A DNA stretch of 64,000 bases from Eledone cirrhosa (GCA_964016885.1 OZ024749.1:16740001-16804000); one strand, 5' to 3'; counted from the stretch's first letter, positions 15,639 to 30,043 are shown. The notes: a model not told the origin generated them from the sequence alone. Translations and numbers: made by a program.

Positions 15639-15925
15639 TAAAAAACAGACATGCACATATATATATATATATATTTTTTTACACTTATATATACACATAT
15701 TATATACACATACACAACCTCACTTATACACATATACACATAAGTTATATTATAATAATAAAGAATAATATACAATATATATATACATATACATATATAT
15801 ATATATATATATACATACATACATACACATACATACATACACATAAACATATACATACATAAATACACACATACGAATAAAGACATATATTCACACATAG
15901 ACACCTATATATATATATATATATC

Positions 15926-15977
<52 letters not shown>

Positions 15978-17106
15978 GACACATATACACACTCACATAT
16001 ATATATGTGTATGTGTGTGTGCGCACATACACATATATACACACACACATACAAGCACACACAAACACATACATATGCATACGTGCACACACACACATAT
16101 ATCACATAGATACGAAGATAAACATATAAATAGAGAGACATACATATATATACAACACACATACACATACATACATACACACGCATATACATATACATAT
16201 ATATATATACATATATATATTCCTATATATACAAGCATACACATACATACACATATATACACATACATACACATATACATACAACACATTCACATACACA
16301 TACATATATAATGCATATATATACATATATATACATACATATGTACACTCATATATACACACGCAATCTTACATTCATATTTGCATGCGCATATATGTAT
16401 TTTTATATTTAGATATAAATACCCAAACCTATATAGACACCTACCTACATATATATTCATACATAGACGCTTACAAATACAGATGATAATAGTATGGGGG
16501 AAAGGGGGGGTTTGGAGAAGGGGATCAAAGTAAATATATGTTTCAAGAAACATATAATATTTTCCGTATCTTTATTCAATTTATGTTCTTACATATTGTC
16601 AGTGCTAGGAAATACGACAAACAAGAACTAAGGCAAAATCTATGCATCTCAAAATAAATAAGTATACCATTAATCATATGTTAACTAAACCAAAGATAGT
16701 CAACATATTGATTTCTAAGGTGTAAATTAGTTAGGTTTATAATATTTGAAGCAGAATTTTGAAGTCAAACAGTAGTAGATTATTAATTACAGTATAACTA
16801 AATTAAAGTTAATAACGTTATGGTATCAATATTAGGAAATGAATTTAGTAATAGGGAAAAGAAACCCAAATAAAAATAAAATAAAGTATTACATCGGTAG
16901 TAGCATATAAATTATATGTTAACTAAATTAAAAATTATATATTTATTTCAATAGTATATGTTAATTAGTATATGTTAATTAAGTATACAATACATAAAGC
17001 AGATATTGTATTTCATAAATAGCATAATATAATTATATGCAAATAGAAATCAAAATTAATACGCATACTAATACATATACATACACATACACATATACAT
17101 ACATAT

Positions 17107-17151
<45 letters not shown>

Positions 17152-17684
17152 TACACATATATACATACATACAGATACACATACACACACACACATACAC
17201 ATACACATATACATATACATATCTTTTTCAAAAAATTGCACAGAATATATTAACTAGGTATATATCCAAAACACATCCCATTCTATGATTACATGACATT
17301 CTGCAATTCGTCTGTATAAGGATACTAATTTTAAGCAAATTAAAATTAAAATTTTTAGGTTGATTAAAACTAAAGCCAAATAATAAATATATTTCCAAAA
17401 TGTATATTAATTAGGTCTATAATACTAAAAATTATTTCTCTGTCATTGGATACACGATATTATTTTGTTATATTTTATCTGTAAAAGAGTTATAATAAAA
17501 GGTTTAAATAAATTAAAATTAATCTATAAATTAAATTACTAAGTATATATTAGTAATATTTAAAGGTTTTTCACAATTTATGATTACATAATATTTTATA
17601 TTCTCATCTGTAATAAAATATTAATTAAATTAAATTTATAGGTTAACTAACATTTAAATTAAATTAATTTCTAGAATAATGTTA

Positions 17685-20126
17685 TTAATTAGGTTTATAA
17701 TATTTAAATGTTTTTTTTAGTTTATGATTACACGATATAATTAATTCCTGTCGTTTATTTAATAAGATATCCTTAGACTTCATTATTTCAAATAGTTCTT
17801 GGGAACATAATCTACATTCCTTTCTATTATTTTGATAAGGGGTGGCTCTTTTGAGCACACTCCAGGTCAAATCATATTTTATATTCTTATTTTTATAACT
17901 ATTGATTTTTTCTGCTAGAGATGTTGTATTAGCCAGTGCGGCATTTTTAAAACTATGCTTGTGGGTATTAAACCTTGTCTTAAAATTGTTAGAGGTAGCT
18001 CCTATATATGAGCAAATAGAATCTTTAGTTTTAACATTACATTTATAGACTATGTTGTTAACAAGACAATTCCCTTTTAATGGGCAGTTTGCTTTGTTTC
18101 TACAGTTACATCCTTTCGTTAATTCTGTATTTGAGGAGATATTATGGTTAATTTGATGTACTGGTGGTATATTTATGGTTTTCTTACATTTATATGCATT
18201 ATATGCACTTATATTTTGTTTTATGTTATTTGTTGTAGAGTATGAGAATTTAACTGTAGACCTATTTAAGATTTGATGGTATTTGTGGTTTGGCGGGAAG
18301 TTTTTCTCAAGGATATAAAAAAATTTTTTAGCAATATTATCCTTAACTTGTAAATTAAAAGGAGCATTATACCAAGTAACTCGTCTATTACGGTTTCTAT
18401 GTTGTTTATTATTTTTATTATTTTTATAGGTTGTATCGTGATTTTTACTAGGAGGATTAATGTTAATGATCTCACCACAACTATTTTTAGTTATATTTGT
18501 AGATTTAGGTGTTTTATCTTTTTTATTAGGAGTTTTATTATTAATATTTATTATAGTTGTATGATGAGTAGTTTTTTGAGGGTTACTATACTTTATATTA
18601 GAAGATTTAGTATTTTGGGGTATATTGTGGGTGGCATTTAGGTGTGTACTTTTCATTTGGTGTTTGTTGGTAATATTATGCTGTATGCTTTCAGTATTTT
18701 TAGTAGAAGGTATATACTCTAATCTATTTTTGTGGCCACTTCTATCTAGAGCTTCATTATAAAAGGTCGCATTTTTATCAAATACATCTTGGTTAGAAGA
18801 AAGGTTAGAAATTCTAAGTGATATATTATATGCAAGGTTTTTAAGGATAGATTTAGGGTGATTAGATTGTGAGTGTATGTAATGTAAGTTTTGGTTAGGT
18901 TTATGGTAAGGTTGGTAGATACCCGTAGCTAAATCTAAAGTTATATCTAGGAAATTTACTACTTTACTTGTTTTTTCAAAAGTAATATTAAGATTATAAT
19001 AGTCTTTAAGGAAAGTTCTAATATGTTTTTTGTTTTTTTCGATTTCTGAAAGGCTAAGGTTGTTAGAAAGAAGAAGACAGTCATCACGATATAAACCACC
19101 TTTGAGGTGGGGAAAAGAGGCATTTATGTTGAAAAGGAGAAAGAGGCCCACAAGATCAGTAATTTGGGCGGAATCGCTTGAACCCATAGTAATATCAAAA
19201 AGATTACTATATGTGTTTCTGGTCCAGTATTCATTCTGAAATTCAATAAGTGTTAGTCTAGCATGTGTAATAATGTTAATGTCATCCGAAGTTAAGCTAG
19301 ATCTATTTTTAGCAAATATCAATGCTTTGTTCAGGAGTATAGGTGATATAGAAGAATAGTAATTATCTATATCAAATTGTAGGAAAGAAGCAGAAGATTT
19401 ACACCTAATATTTTTAAACCAGTTAATTACCTGGGAGGTGTTTTCCCAGAGTGGTAAAATAACGTGTTTTCTTATTTGTGGGATGACTCTATCTAAAATT
19501 TTTTTGCTAATTATTCCAATATCTGATTTGGAGGGACATATAAGTCTAATAGAAGGATTAGAGTTAAAGTTAGATTTGTGATCTTTCAGGTTGAAGTGTG
19601 GTCTTTTCAATGCCAAAGGTTCAGTTCTATCTTCAATGTTTAGTTTTTTTACTATGTTGTGTGTTTTGTTGTTGATGTTGGTGAGTGACACATTATTAGA
19701 TTTTTTATAATTTTTTCTGAGTTCTTTATATATGAACTCATTATAATGTTCAATATCCATATGATACAAGTTACCAGTTTTGTCCGAGTGGACATGGATT
19801 TTTTTAGACTTTTTTAGGTCCAATAGGGTAGAATCAAGGTCCTTTTGAAAGACGGATTTATACTTTTTAAATTTGAGGTGTTTAATTAAATTAAAAAGGT
19901 CTTTCTCGAAGTCTTCAAGTAAAAAGTTGTGTGGTGGATTCTTGTAAGTATTGAAATCATACATATATTTCCGATCTGCTTGTTTAGATTTTCTATCGAA
20001 GTGGTAGGCTCTCCATCTAACCCTTCTGATAAAATTATTAGTTTTCTGAATCATAAGGAGTAAGAAGTCGTCCTTAGAAGGTATTGGTATGTTTTTTAAG
20101 GAGGTTCCTAAATATTGTTTTTCCAT
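17685..20126 (-). CDS. Intact PLE reverse transcriptase / GIY-YIG endonuclease polyprotein (~813 aa from ATG 20126)
   Basis: SDKTGN, FDIDNYY, MGS, YRDD, WYNAPFN, CNCR..CPL.G.C, NIVY..YIGAT; no stops. Confidence 0.93.
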   Translation of the reverse strand: MEKQYLGTSLKNIPIPSKDDFLLLMIQKTNNFIRRVRWRAYHFDRKSKQADRKYMYDFNTYKNPPHNFLLEDFEKDLFNLIKHLKFKKYKSVFQKDLDSTLLDLKKSKKIHVHSDKTGNLYHMDIEHYNEFIYKELRKNYKKSNNVSLTNINNKTHNIVKKLNIEDRTEPLALKRPHFNLKDHKSNFNSNPSIRLICPSKSDIGIISKKILDRVIPQIRKHVILPLWENTSQVINWFKNIRCKSSASFLQFDIDNYYSSISPILLNKALIFAKNRSSLTSDDINIITHARLTLIEFQNEYWTRNTYSNLFDITMGSSDSAQITDLVGLFLLFNINASFPHLKGGLYRDDCLLLSNNLSLSEIEKNKKHIRTFLKDYYNLNITFEKTSKVVNFLDITLDLATGIYQPYHKPNQNLHYIHSQSNHPKSILKNLAYNISLRISNLSSNQDVFDKNATFYNEALDRSGHKNRLEYIPSTKNTESIQHNITNKHQMKSTHLNATHNIPQNTKSSNIKYSNPQKTTHHTTIININNKTPNKKDKTPKSTNITKNSCGEIININPPSKNHDTTYKNNKNNKQHRNRNRRVTWYNAPFNLQVKDNIAKKFFYILEKNFPPNHKYHQILNRSTVKFSYSTTNNIKQNISAYNAYKCKKTINIPPVHQINHNISSNTELTKGCNCRNKANCPLKGNCLVNNIVYKCNVKTKDSICSYIGATSNNFKTRFNTHKHSFKNAALANTTSLAEKINSYKNKNIKYDLTWSVLKRATPYQNNRKECRLCSQELFEIMKSKDILLNKRQELIISCNHKLKKTFKYYKPN

Positions 20127-20469
20127 TGTGATATGGATGATGGACAATTGAAAGAGCTCAACTAAATGTATATGGGTTTACAAAATCATACATATATATA
20201 TGTTTATACATAAATATAAAATTAATACACACATACAGTACAAAAATACGAATATTTCCGTGAAAATAGGAGCAAAATTATGTAGATAAATCTACCAAGA
20301 GTTTACGGTAGTGTCCAATCCGTATGAAGAACTCAATGTATTCCGGATATCATGGAAAGAAGAGATGTAATGAAAAACCACTTTCGGTGAAAGATAAACG
20401 GTATACAGAGTCAAGATAAAATATTAAACAAATAATGAATAAACAATTCCTTATATTAAACAAAAAAAG

Positions 20470-20624
20470 TTCATTATTTAACGATCGTTTCTAGGGTATA
20501 TATGTGTTATAATTGGTATGCATATTCAACAGATCTATGTACAAAATTATACAAGATTATACAAATTATCAAGATTAAATATACATACCAAACACATATA
20601 TACGCCGTCTTCAGAAATAATGAA
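20470..20624 (-). ncRNA. Type I hammerhead with long stem II (PLE-B upstream pLTR)
   Basis: Copy of 13969-14123. Confidence 0.8.
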
Positions 20625-21450
20625 GTATATTTATTGATAATAACAACAATTCAAAATTTCAGTTCAAAATTGACCAATGAAAACACAAAGGGTTAAAAGC
20701 AGTTCGGTGTGTGTATATACATGTAAAATCCTTACACATATTTTACAAAAATGTATGTATAACTTGTATACGCATACTAAAAAGATGGATGCAAACACAA
20801 AATTTCAAGGTTAAAATCTCTGTAAGCTTAAAATGCGCTGATAAGATGCGCATTGATACTTATGGAGTCAAGCATATAAATATATTTTTTCATACTCACA
20901 CATATCAGTACAATCACACATACACGCGCGTATATGCATAAATATACACATAACCACGAACATACAAACACACACACACCCCCACTCACATTTATATATG
21001 TGGATATAAAATCATAAGCACATGGATATTAAATCACTCACATAAAACACTGGCACACACATTTCAAGATCAAGATACAGAAATTAGGTGGGAGGGGGGG
21101 GGGGGTCAGTATTCAATTGTCTGAGCAGACTGCCTAATATAAATGTATCTATAAATTAAGAAAAATAAAATAAAAATAAAAAAATAAAACAATAAAATAT
21201 AATAAATATAATATAATATACATACACATACAGATATATACACATACATACATGTACGCGCACATAGAAATATTTACGCATACACACATACACACATACA
21301 TATACAGTCATACACACACATACACTTACACGAACATACACATACACATATATAAAGATATATATATACACACATACACACACACAACACATACACACAT
21401 ACACATATATATAAAAAATAAATAATAAAGATATATATCCATATATATAT

Positions 21451-21493
<43 letters not shown>

Positions 21494-21568
21494 CATACAC
21501 ATACATCTAAATATACATACACATACACACATACATGTACATACATGTACATACATATACGCACATCG

Positions 21569-21615
<47 letters not shown>

Positions 21616-21916
21616 TAGACATATAGATACATACACACACAACTTACATACACACATATATATATATATAGATGTACATTCATACATAGAATTAGATATA
21701 TAATCATACATACATATGCACCTACTTATACTCATATATATAAATACATACGCTTCCATATATGCGTATATATAAAAAACACTACAACCTCACCTAACTC
21801 AGACATACAAATAAAAATAATAATAAAAAGGCATATGTATATACATACACACACGCATTAATAGAGATATATATATATACACACATACATACACATATAT
21901 ATATATACATATATAT

Positions 21917-21963
<47 letters not shown>

Positions 21964-22080
21964 TACACTCATACATATATATATATATATATATATAAAC
22001 ATATATATCCACACACTCATACCAACATAAATACACATACAAACACCCACATATATATATATATATATATATATACACAC

Positions 22081-22125
<45 letters not shown>

Positions 22126-22414
22126 TAAAAAACAGACATGCACATATATATATATATATTTTTTTTTACACTTATATATACACATATTATATACACATAC
22201 ACAACCTCACTTATACACATATACACATAAGTTATATTATAATAATAAAGAATAATATACAATATATATATACATATACATATATATATATATATATATA
22301 TACATACATACATACACATACATACATACACATAAACATATACATACATAAATACACACATACGAATAAAGACATATATTCACACATAGACACCTATATA
22401 TATATATATATATC

Positions 22415-22466
<52 letters not shown>

Positions 22467-22628
22467 GACACATATACACACTCACATATATATATATGTG
22501 TATGTGTGTGTGCGCACATACACATATATACACACACACATACAAGCACACATGTATGTGTATATAATATGTGTATATATAAGTGTAAAAAAATATATAT
22601 ATATATATATGTGCATGTCTGTTTTTTA

Positions 22629-22673
<45 letters not shown>

Positions 22674-22790
22674 GTGTGTATATATATATATATATATATA
22701 TATGTGGGTGTTTGTATGTGTATTTATGTTGGTATGAGTGTGTGGATATATATGTTTATATATATATATATATATATATGTATGAGTGTA

Positions 22791-22833
<43 letters not shown>

Positions 22834-23134
22834 ATATATATGTATATATATATATGTGTATGTATGTGTGTATATATATATATCTCTATTAATGCGTGTG
22901 TGTATGTATATACATATGCCTTTTTATTATTATTTTTATTTGTATGTCTGAGTTAGGTGAGGTTGTAGTGTTTTTTATATATACGCATATATGGAAGCGT
23001 ATGTATTTATATATATGAGTATAAGTAGGTGCATATGTATGTATGATTATATATCTAATTCTATGTATGAATGTACATCTATATATATATATATGTGTGT
23101 ATGTAAGTTGTGTGTGTATGTATCTATATGTCTA

Positions 23135-23181
<47 letters not shown>

Positions 23182-23260
23182 CGATGTGCGTATATGTATG
23201 TACATGTATGTACATGTATGTGTGTATGTATGTGTATGTATATTTAGATGTATGTGTATG

Positions 23261-23303
<43 letters not shown>

Positions 23304-24130
23304 ATATATATATGGATATATATCTTTATTATTTATTTTTTATATATATGTGTATGTGTGTATGTGTTGCGTGTGTGTGTGTGTGTATATATATATCTTT
23401 ATATATGTGTATGTGTATGTTCGTGTAAGTGTATGTGTGTGTATGACTGTATATGTATGTGTGTATGTGTGTATGCGTAAATATTTCTATGTGCGCGTAC
23501 ATGTATGTATGTGTATATATCTGTATGTGTATGTATATTATATTATATTTATTATATTTTATTGTTTTATTTTTTTATTTTTATTTTATTTTTCTTAATT
23601 TATAGATACATTTATATTAGGCAGTCTGCTCAGACAATTGAATACTGACCCCTCCCCCCCCTCCCACCTAATTTCTGTATCTTGATCTTGAAATGTGTGT
23701 GCCAGTGTTTTATGTGAGTGATTTAATATCCATGTGCTTATGATTTTATATCCACATATATAAATGTGAGTGGGGGTGTGTGTGTGTTTGTATGTTCGTG
23801 GTTATGTGTATATTTATGCATATACGCGCGTGTATGTGTGATTGTACTGATATGTGTGAGTATGAAAAAATATATTTATATGCTTGACTCCATAAGTATC
23901 AATGCGCATCTTATCAGCGCATTTTAAGCTTACAGAGATTTTAACCTTGAAATTTTGTGTTTGCATCCATCTTTTTAGTATGCGTATACAAGTTATACAT
24001 ACATTTTTGTAAAATATGTGTAAGGATTTTACATGTATATACACACACCGAACTGCTTTTAACCCTTTGTGTTTTCATTGGTCAATTTTGAACTGAAATT
24101 TTGAATTGTTGTTATTATCAATAAATATAC

Positions 24131-24285
24131 TTCATTATTTCTGAAGACGGCGTATATATGTGTTTGGTATGTATATTTAATCTTGATAATTTGTATAATC
24201 TTGTATAATTTTGTACATAGATCTGTTGAATATGCATACCAATTATAACACATATATACCCTAGAAACGATCGTTAAATAATGAA
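24131..24285 (+). ncRNA. Type I hammerhead with long stem II (PLE-B inverted copy)
   Basis: 10-bp stem I, CTGAAGA at 24141-24147, GAAA at 24264-24267, palindromic AACGATCGTT. Confidence 0.8.
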
Positions 24286-24470
24286 CTTTTTTTGTTTAAT
24301 ATAAGGAATTGTTTATTCATTATTTGTTTAATATTTTATCTTGACTCTGTATACCGTTTATCTTTCACCGAAAGTGGTTTTTCATTACATCTCTTCTTTC
24401 CATGATATCCGGAATACATTGAGTTCTTCATACGGATTGGACACTACCGTAAACTCTTGGTAGATTTATC

Positions 24471-24564
<94 letters not shown>

Positions 24565-24659
24565 CATATATTTATATATACATATATATACTTATATATA
24601 TATATACATATATATACATATATATATATATATACATATATATACATATATACATATAT

Positions 24660-24694
<35 letters not shown>

Positions 24695-24718
24695 CATATA
24701 TACATATATATACATATA

Positions 24719-24838
<120 letters not shown>

Positions 24839-24962
24839 CATATATATATATACATATATATATATACATACATATATATATATACATATATATATACATA
24901 TATACATACATATATACATACATATATATATATAAATACAAATATATATATATATACATACA

Positions 24963-25000
<38 letters not shown>

Positions 25001-25039
25001 CATATAAATATATATATATATACATATACATATATATAC

Positions 25040-25072
<33 letters not shown>

Positions 25073-25162
25073 CATACATATATATATATATATACATACA
25101 TATATATATATATACATACATATATATATATATATACATACATATATATATAAAGTATATAT

Positions 25163-25209
<47 letters not shown>

Positions 25210-25282
25210 CATATATATATATATATATATACATACATATATATATATATATATATACACATATATATATATATATACATAC

Positions 25283-27113
25283 ATCATCATCATCATCATC
25301 ATCATTTTACGTTCGCTTTTCCCTGCTTGCAAGGGTGGGACGGGTCTTATTCAGCACAGCATCTCTCCACTCGTCACGGTCCCTCGTCATCTCCACCGTG
25401 AGCTTCAATGATCTGAGGTCTGTTCTCACCACCTCCGCCCATGGTTTTCGTGGTCTACCTCTACCACGTCTTCCTTCAACTGGCATTTCCTGGCACTTCT
25501 TCACCCATCGGTCATCCTCCATGCGCATCACATGTCCATACCACCTCAGTCTCCTCTCCCGTACACTACATTCTATCCCTCTCAGACACAGTTTCTCTCT
25601 CAACACATTTATGCTGGGTCGTTCACGCATATTTACACTGCACATCCAACGGAGCATGCTTGCATCATTTCTCTCCAGCCGTCGCATTTCCTCTGCGGTT
25701 GCTGCCCATGTCTCACTACCATGCAGCATCGCGCACCTCACACAGGCATCATACAACCGGTCTTTCGTACGCAGGGAGAAACCCTTCTTCGTCAACAGAG
25801 GAAGCAGCTCCCTAAACTTCTTCCAACCCGTCCTTATTCTAGATACTATGGCCTCGGAACACCCTCCTCCCATGCTAATCTGATCTCCTAGGTACCGGAA
25901 GCTATCCACCACTTCTATAGCGCCCTCTCGCATTTGAAAAATGTGTCTATCAGTGCGACTTCTACTGTCTAATTTCCCTGTACATCTACTGCATACATAT
26001 TTCTCCCTACCTGTTAGTTTTCCTGCTATCCCGCTACATCTCTTGTGTACCCAGGACCTGCATTGTGTGCATTTTATAGAATTTATGCCAGTTCCTTTTC
26101 TGCATATCGAACATGGCCATTTCCCTGACGGAATCGGGGTTTTGTCCTCTTTTCTACTCATCAACACTTTTGTCTTAGCTAGATTTACTCTCAGTCCTCT
26201 TGCTTCCAACTGCTGTTTCCATAGCCGGAATTTGTTCTCTAGCTCCTCTCCTGATTCTGCTATAAGAGCCAGATCATCAGCATAGAGAAGTTCCCATGGA
26301 CAGCCAGTCTTAAACTCCTCTGTTATGGCTTGGAGGACTATAATGAACAAGAGCGGGCTGAGGACCGAACCCTGATGTACTCCTACTTGTATCTGGAATT
26401 CCTCACTAAACTCCATTCCTACCCTGACTTTACTGAGAGTACCTCTGTACAAAGTTTGCACTGTCCTCACAAGCCATTCCTCAACACCTAGCTTCCTTAG
26501 GGACCACCAGATGACAGATCGGGGTACCCTATCAAAGGCCTTCTCTAGGTCAACAAAGGCTAAATATAGTGGCTTATTCTTCTCTAAGAACCTCTCTTGC
26601 ATTTGTCTCACCAAGAAGAGGGCATCTGTTGTACTCTTCCCAGGCACAAAACCAAACTGCATCTCATCTAGTTTGACCCTTTCTCTAATTAGTTGTGCTA
26701 AAATCCTTTCTGCCACTTTCATAACCTGATCTATCAGTTTTATACCCCTATAATTACTCCTCTCCAAAGCATCCCCTTTACCTTTGTAGCAATTTATGAG
26801 AATACTGCTGCACCAGTCTTTGGGTATGACACCACCATATATAGCCTGATTGATGATGCGTGCAACCAGTTTAGTGCCTACGTCCCCTGATGCCTTCAGC
26901 ATCTCAGCAACTATTCCCGATGGTCCGGCCGCCTTACCATTTTTCATTTCCCTAATCGCCTCTTGGACCCTATATTCGTCAATCTCAATAGCTGGTCCCT
27001 CTGTCGGATCTACCAAGGGTAATTTCTCTCTCTCCCATTCGTACTCCACATTCATCAGTCTCTCATAATGACATTTCCAGGCCTCCTTTTTCTGGTCATT
27101 CGTGACACTAAGT
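25283..27113 (-). mobile_element. RTE-clade LINE, 5'-truncated, open RT frame with PHD-like Cys cluster and (TGA)n tail
   Basis: [50 protein letters not shown]; (CAT)n on the + strand. Confidence 0.92.
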
Positions 27114-27500
27114 ACACCTATGTAAAACTTGTTACATTTATCGCATTGAATCTTATATACGACATACATTTGGCCCTCACAGGACCTTCGCTGCGAAGAT
27201 GCCTCTCCAACAAACCCGACGAGTCAGATGGGACGTGTTCCCTCAGCAACTGCCCGATACGGGGGGAAGATTGCCTACGCACCTATGTCGTATATAAGAT
27301 TCAATGAGATAAATGTAACAAGTTTTACATAGGTAGCACCATCCGACCCCTACATGTTCGTATCAAGGAACATGTCAACACCAACGCATCTTCCTTCCGT
27401 AAACACATCCTTAAATGCGGAAACCCACAGGGCAGACCCTTGGTCACAGTCCTAGCGACTGAACGCAGCATCGGATCCTTAAGGATAAAGGAAGCACTTA
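27114..27500 (+). mobile_element. PLE family F GIY-YIG fragment (27170-27500) preceded by an inverted piece of itself (27114-27169)
   Basis: Matches 63017-63365 (reverse); [17 protein letters not shown]. Confidence 0.85.
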
Positions 27501-27505
27501 ATATA

Positions 27506-27565
<60 letters not shown>

Positions 27566-27634
27566 CATACATATATATATATATATATACATATATATAT
27601 ACATATATATATATATATACATACATATATATAC

Positions 27635-27731
<97 letters not shown>

Positions 27732-27743
27732 CATATATATATT

Positions 27744-27803
<60 letters not shown>

Positions 27804-27819
27804 CATGTACACCCATATA

Positions 27820-30007
27820 TACATGTACACCCATGACACACTCATACACCCACTAACATCAAAAAGTCCTGGCAGACATTTGTGGACACTGTTACAAACA
27901 TATGTGCTAAACACACCCCATTAAGAACTATAAACAAATCTAAGAGCAGAATCCCTAGAAATAGAAAAACGCTCATCAGAAAAATTAAGAGAACGCACAA
28001 AAAAATCAACAAGCTGAAATACTGTCAGCAGCAACACATCAACTTGACTGCCATTTCATCACTAGAGATTAAAAAACATAACCTCCAAAACAACATAATG
28101 TCCCTCATCAACAATCAGAGAAGAGCTGAAGAGGCCTGGGCCATTGAGAAGATCAAACTCAATCCCAAAGTGTTCTTTTCATTTGCAAAAAAACACAAAA
28201 TCACTGGCTCTACTGTTGGCCCTCTAATTGATGAAAATGGCACTCTTCAAGACAATGCTAAAACCATGGGTGAGATACTGCATAAACAATACTGCTCTGT
28301 TTTCAGCAATCCTGATATGGCCGATCTGGGCTGTATCGGCGATGTTACTCCCCATTACACCTTATCGGACATAACGTTTGGCGCCCCTGATGTCTTGGCG
28401 GCAATAAAGGAAATCAAGCATAATTCAGCAGTAGGTCCCGATAGGTTCCCTGCTTGTGTCTTGAAGGCGTGTCAACACCAACTTGCATCTCCTCTTGCCA
28501 ATCTGTGGCGGAACTCACTGGATGCTGGATATGTGCCAGAAAACCTTCTATCCCAGTCTGTTGTCCCAGTTTTCAAAAAGGGAAACAAATCCCTTGCCGT
28601 GAATTACCGTCCAATCTCACTCACCTCTCATATCATTAAGGTATTTGAGAGAGTGGTGAGATCGCGAATGACCCACTTCCTTGAGAGTAACAATATGCTG
28701 AACTCCAACCAGCATGCATTCCGTAATGGAAGGGATTGCCTGACGCAGCTACTGCATCACTTTGATGACATTTTGAGAGCCTTGGGAGAGGGTTCCAACA
28801 CTGATATTATCTACCTTGATTTCAGCAAGGCCTTTGACAGGGTTGATCATAACATTCTACTGAGAAAGCTGTCCAATATTGGTGTCACTGGAAAGCTGCT
28901 GCAGTGGATCAAGAGCTTCCTGTCAAACAGAACCCAACATGTTGTAGTTGAGGGAGTCAAATCAAGCCCAGCCAAAGTCAGTAGTGGGGTCCCACAAGGC
29001 ACTGTGTTGGGCCCACTTCTCTTCATCATCTATATTAATGACATCACTAACATCATCAAACACAGCAACATTAAAAATGGCGTGGATGACCGGATAAGCC
29101 TTCAGTCAGACCTACTGGCTGTTACCCAATGGGCGGAAAAGAACAACACGTTACTGAACGAAGACAAATTCGAACTGATCCACTTTGGAAAAGAGGATGC
29201 TCTGAAACTCCCGTACTCCCTTTCCTCCGGGGAAACTCTCGTGGCATCTAACAACATCAGAGACTTGGGAGTAACCGTGGACAGCAACATAAGCTGGACC
29301 ACGCATATAAGCAGCAAAGTTGACATGGCCCGCAGAATGTGTTCCTGGATCCTCAGAACCTTCCAGTCGAGAGATTCCCGCACCATTATCCTTCTCTTCT
29401 CTACTTTTGCCCGACCACACCTTGAATACTGTTGTCCACTGTGGTCTCCCCACACGAAACAAAGTATCATGAAACTTGAAGCTCCTCAAAGGGCAATCAC
29501 GAAAAAGATAGATGGCATGTCAGACCTTGACTACTGGGGTCGATTAGAAAACCTGAAACTTTACTCACTCCAACGTCGCCGTGAGCGTTATATTATCTGC
29601 ATGATGTGGATAATGTTCCATCATCACTGCCCAAATGATGTTGGCATCGCCTTCAAGATACACCCAAGGCTTGGGCCCCGTGCTATCCGTCCCATTCAAA
29701 AATCTAAATCGCAACTCATAACAACAATACGGCACAATTATTTCACCTCAATCGGCCCTGCCCTCTTCAACATCACACCAAGACACGTCAAAACAGAAAC
29801 TGACCACACAAAATTCAAGAAGTCTTTGGACAAATTCCTCCAAGTAATCCCGGACAAACCACCCACACCCTGATATGTCTCCGCAAACAGTAATTCTCTT
29901 CTCGAATGGGCCATGGTGCCCAAATCCTGAATTGAAAGACTTCGCCAGGTGGTGCTATTAAGTTAGACATGGCCTGGGCCAATACTGGCCAAAACATTTC
30001 AAAGTTA
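27820..30007 (+). mobile_element. CR1/L2-group LINE copy 3; an in-frame 36-bp deletion removes FADD
   Basis: ORF 27882-29873 reads HSNIK|NGVDD where copy 2 reads HSNIRIFADDSKLQKVIDGVDD. Confidence 0.92.
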
Positions 30008-30012
30008 TATAC

Positions 30013-30043
<31 letters not shown>

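Larger units (their letters stand above)
13918..24475 (-). mobile_element. Full-length PLE family B: ORF, 3.8 kb 3' UTR, upstream partial tandem copy (20418-22550) and inverted 5' copy (22551-24475)
   Basis: 13918-16060 matches 20418-22550; 22551-24475 is the reverse complement of ~20280-22200; (TA)n flanks. Confidence 0.95.
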
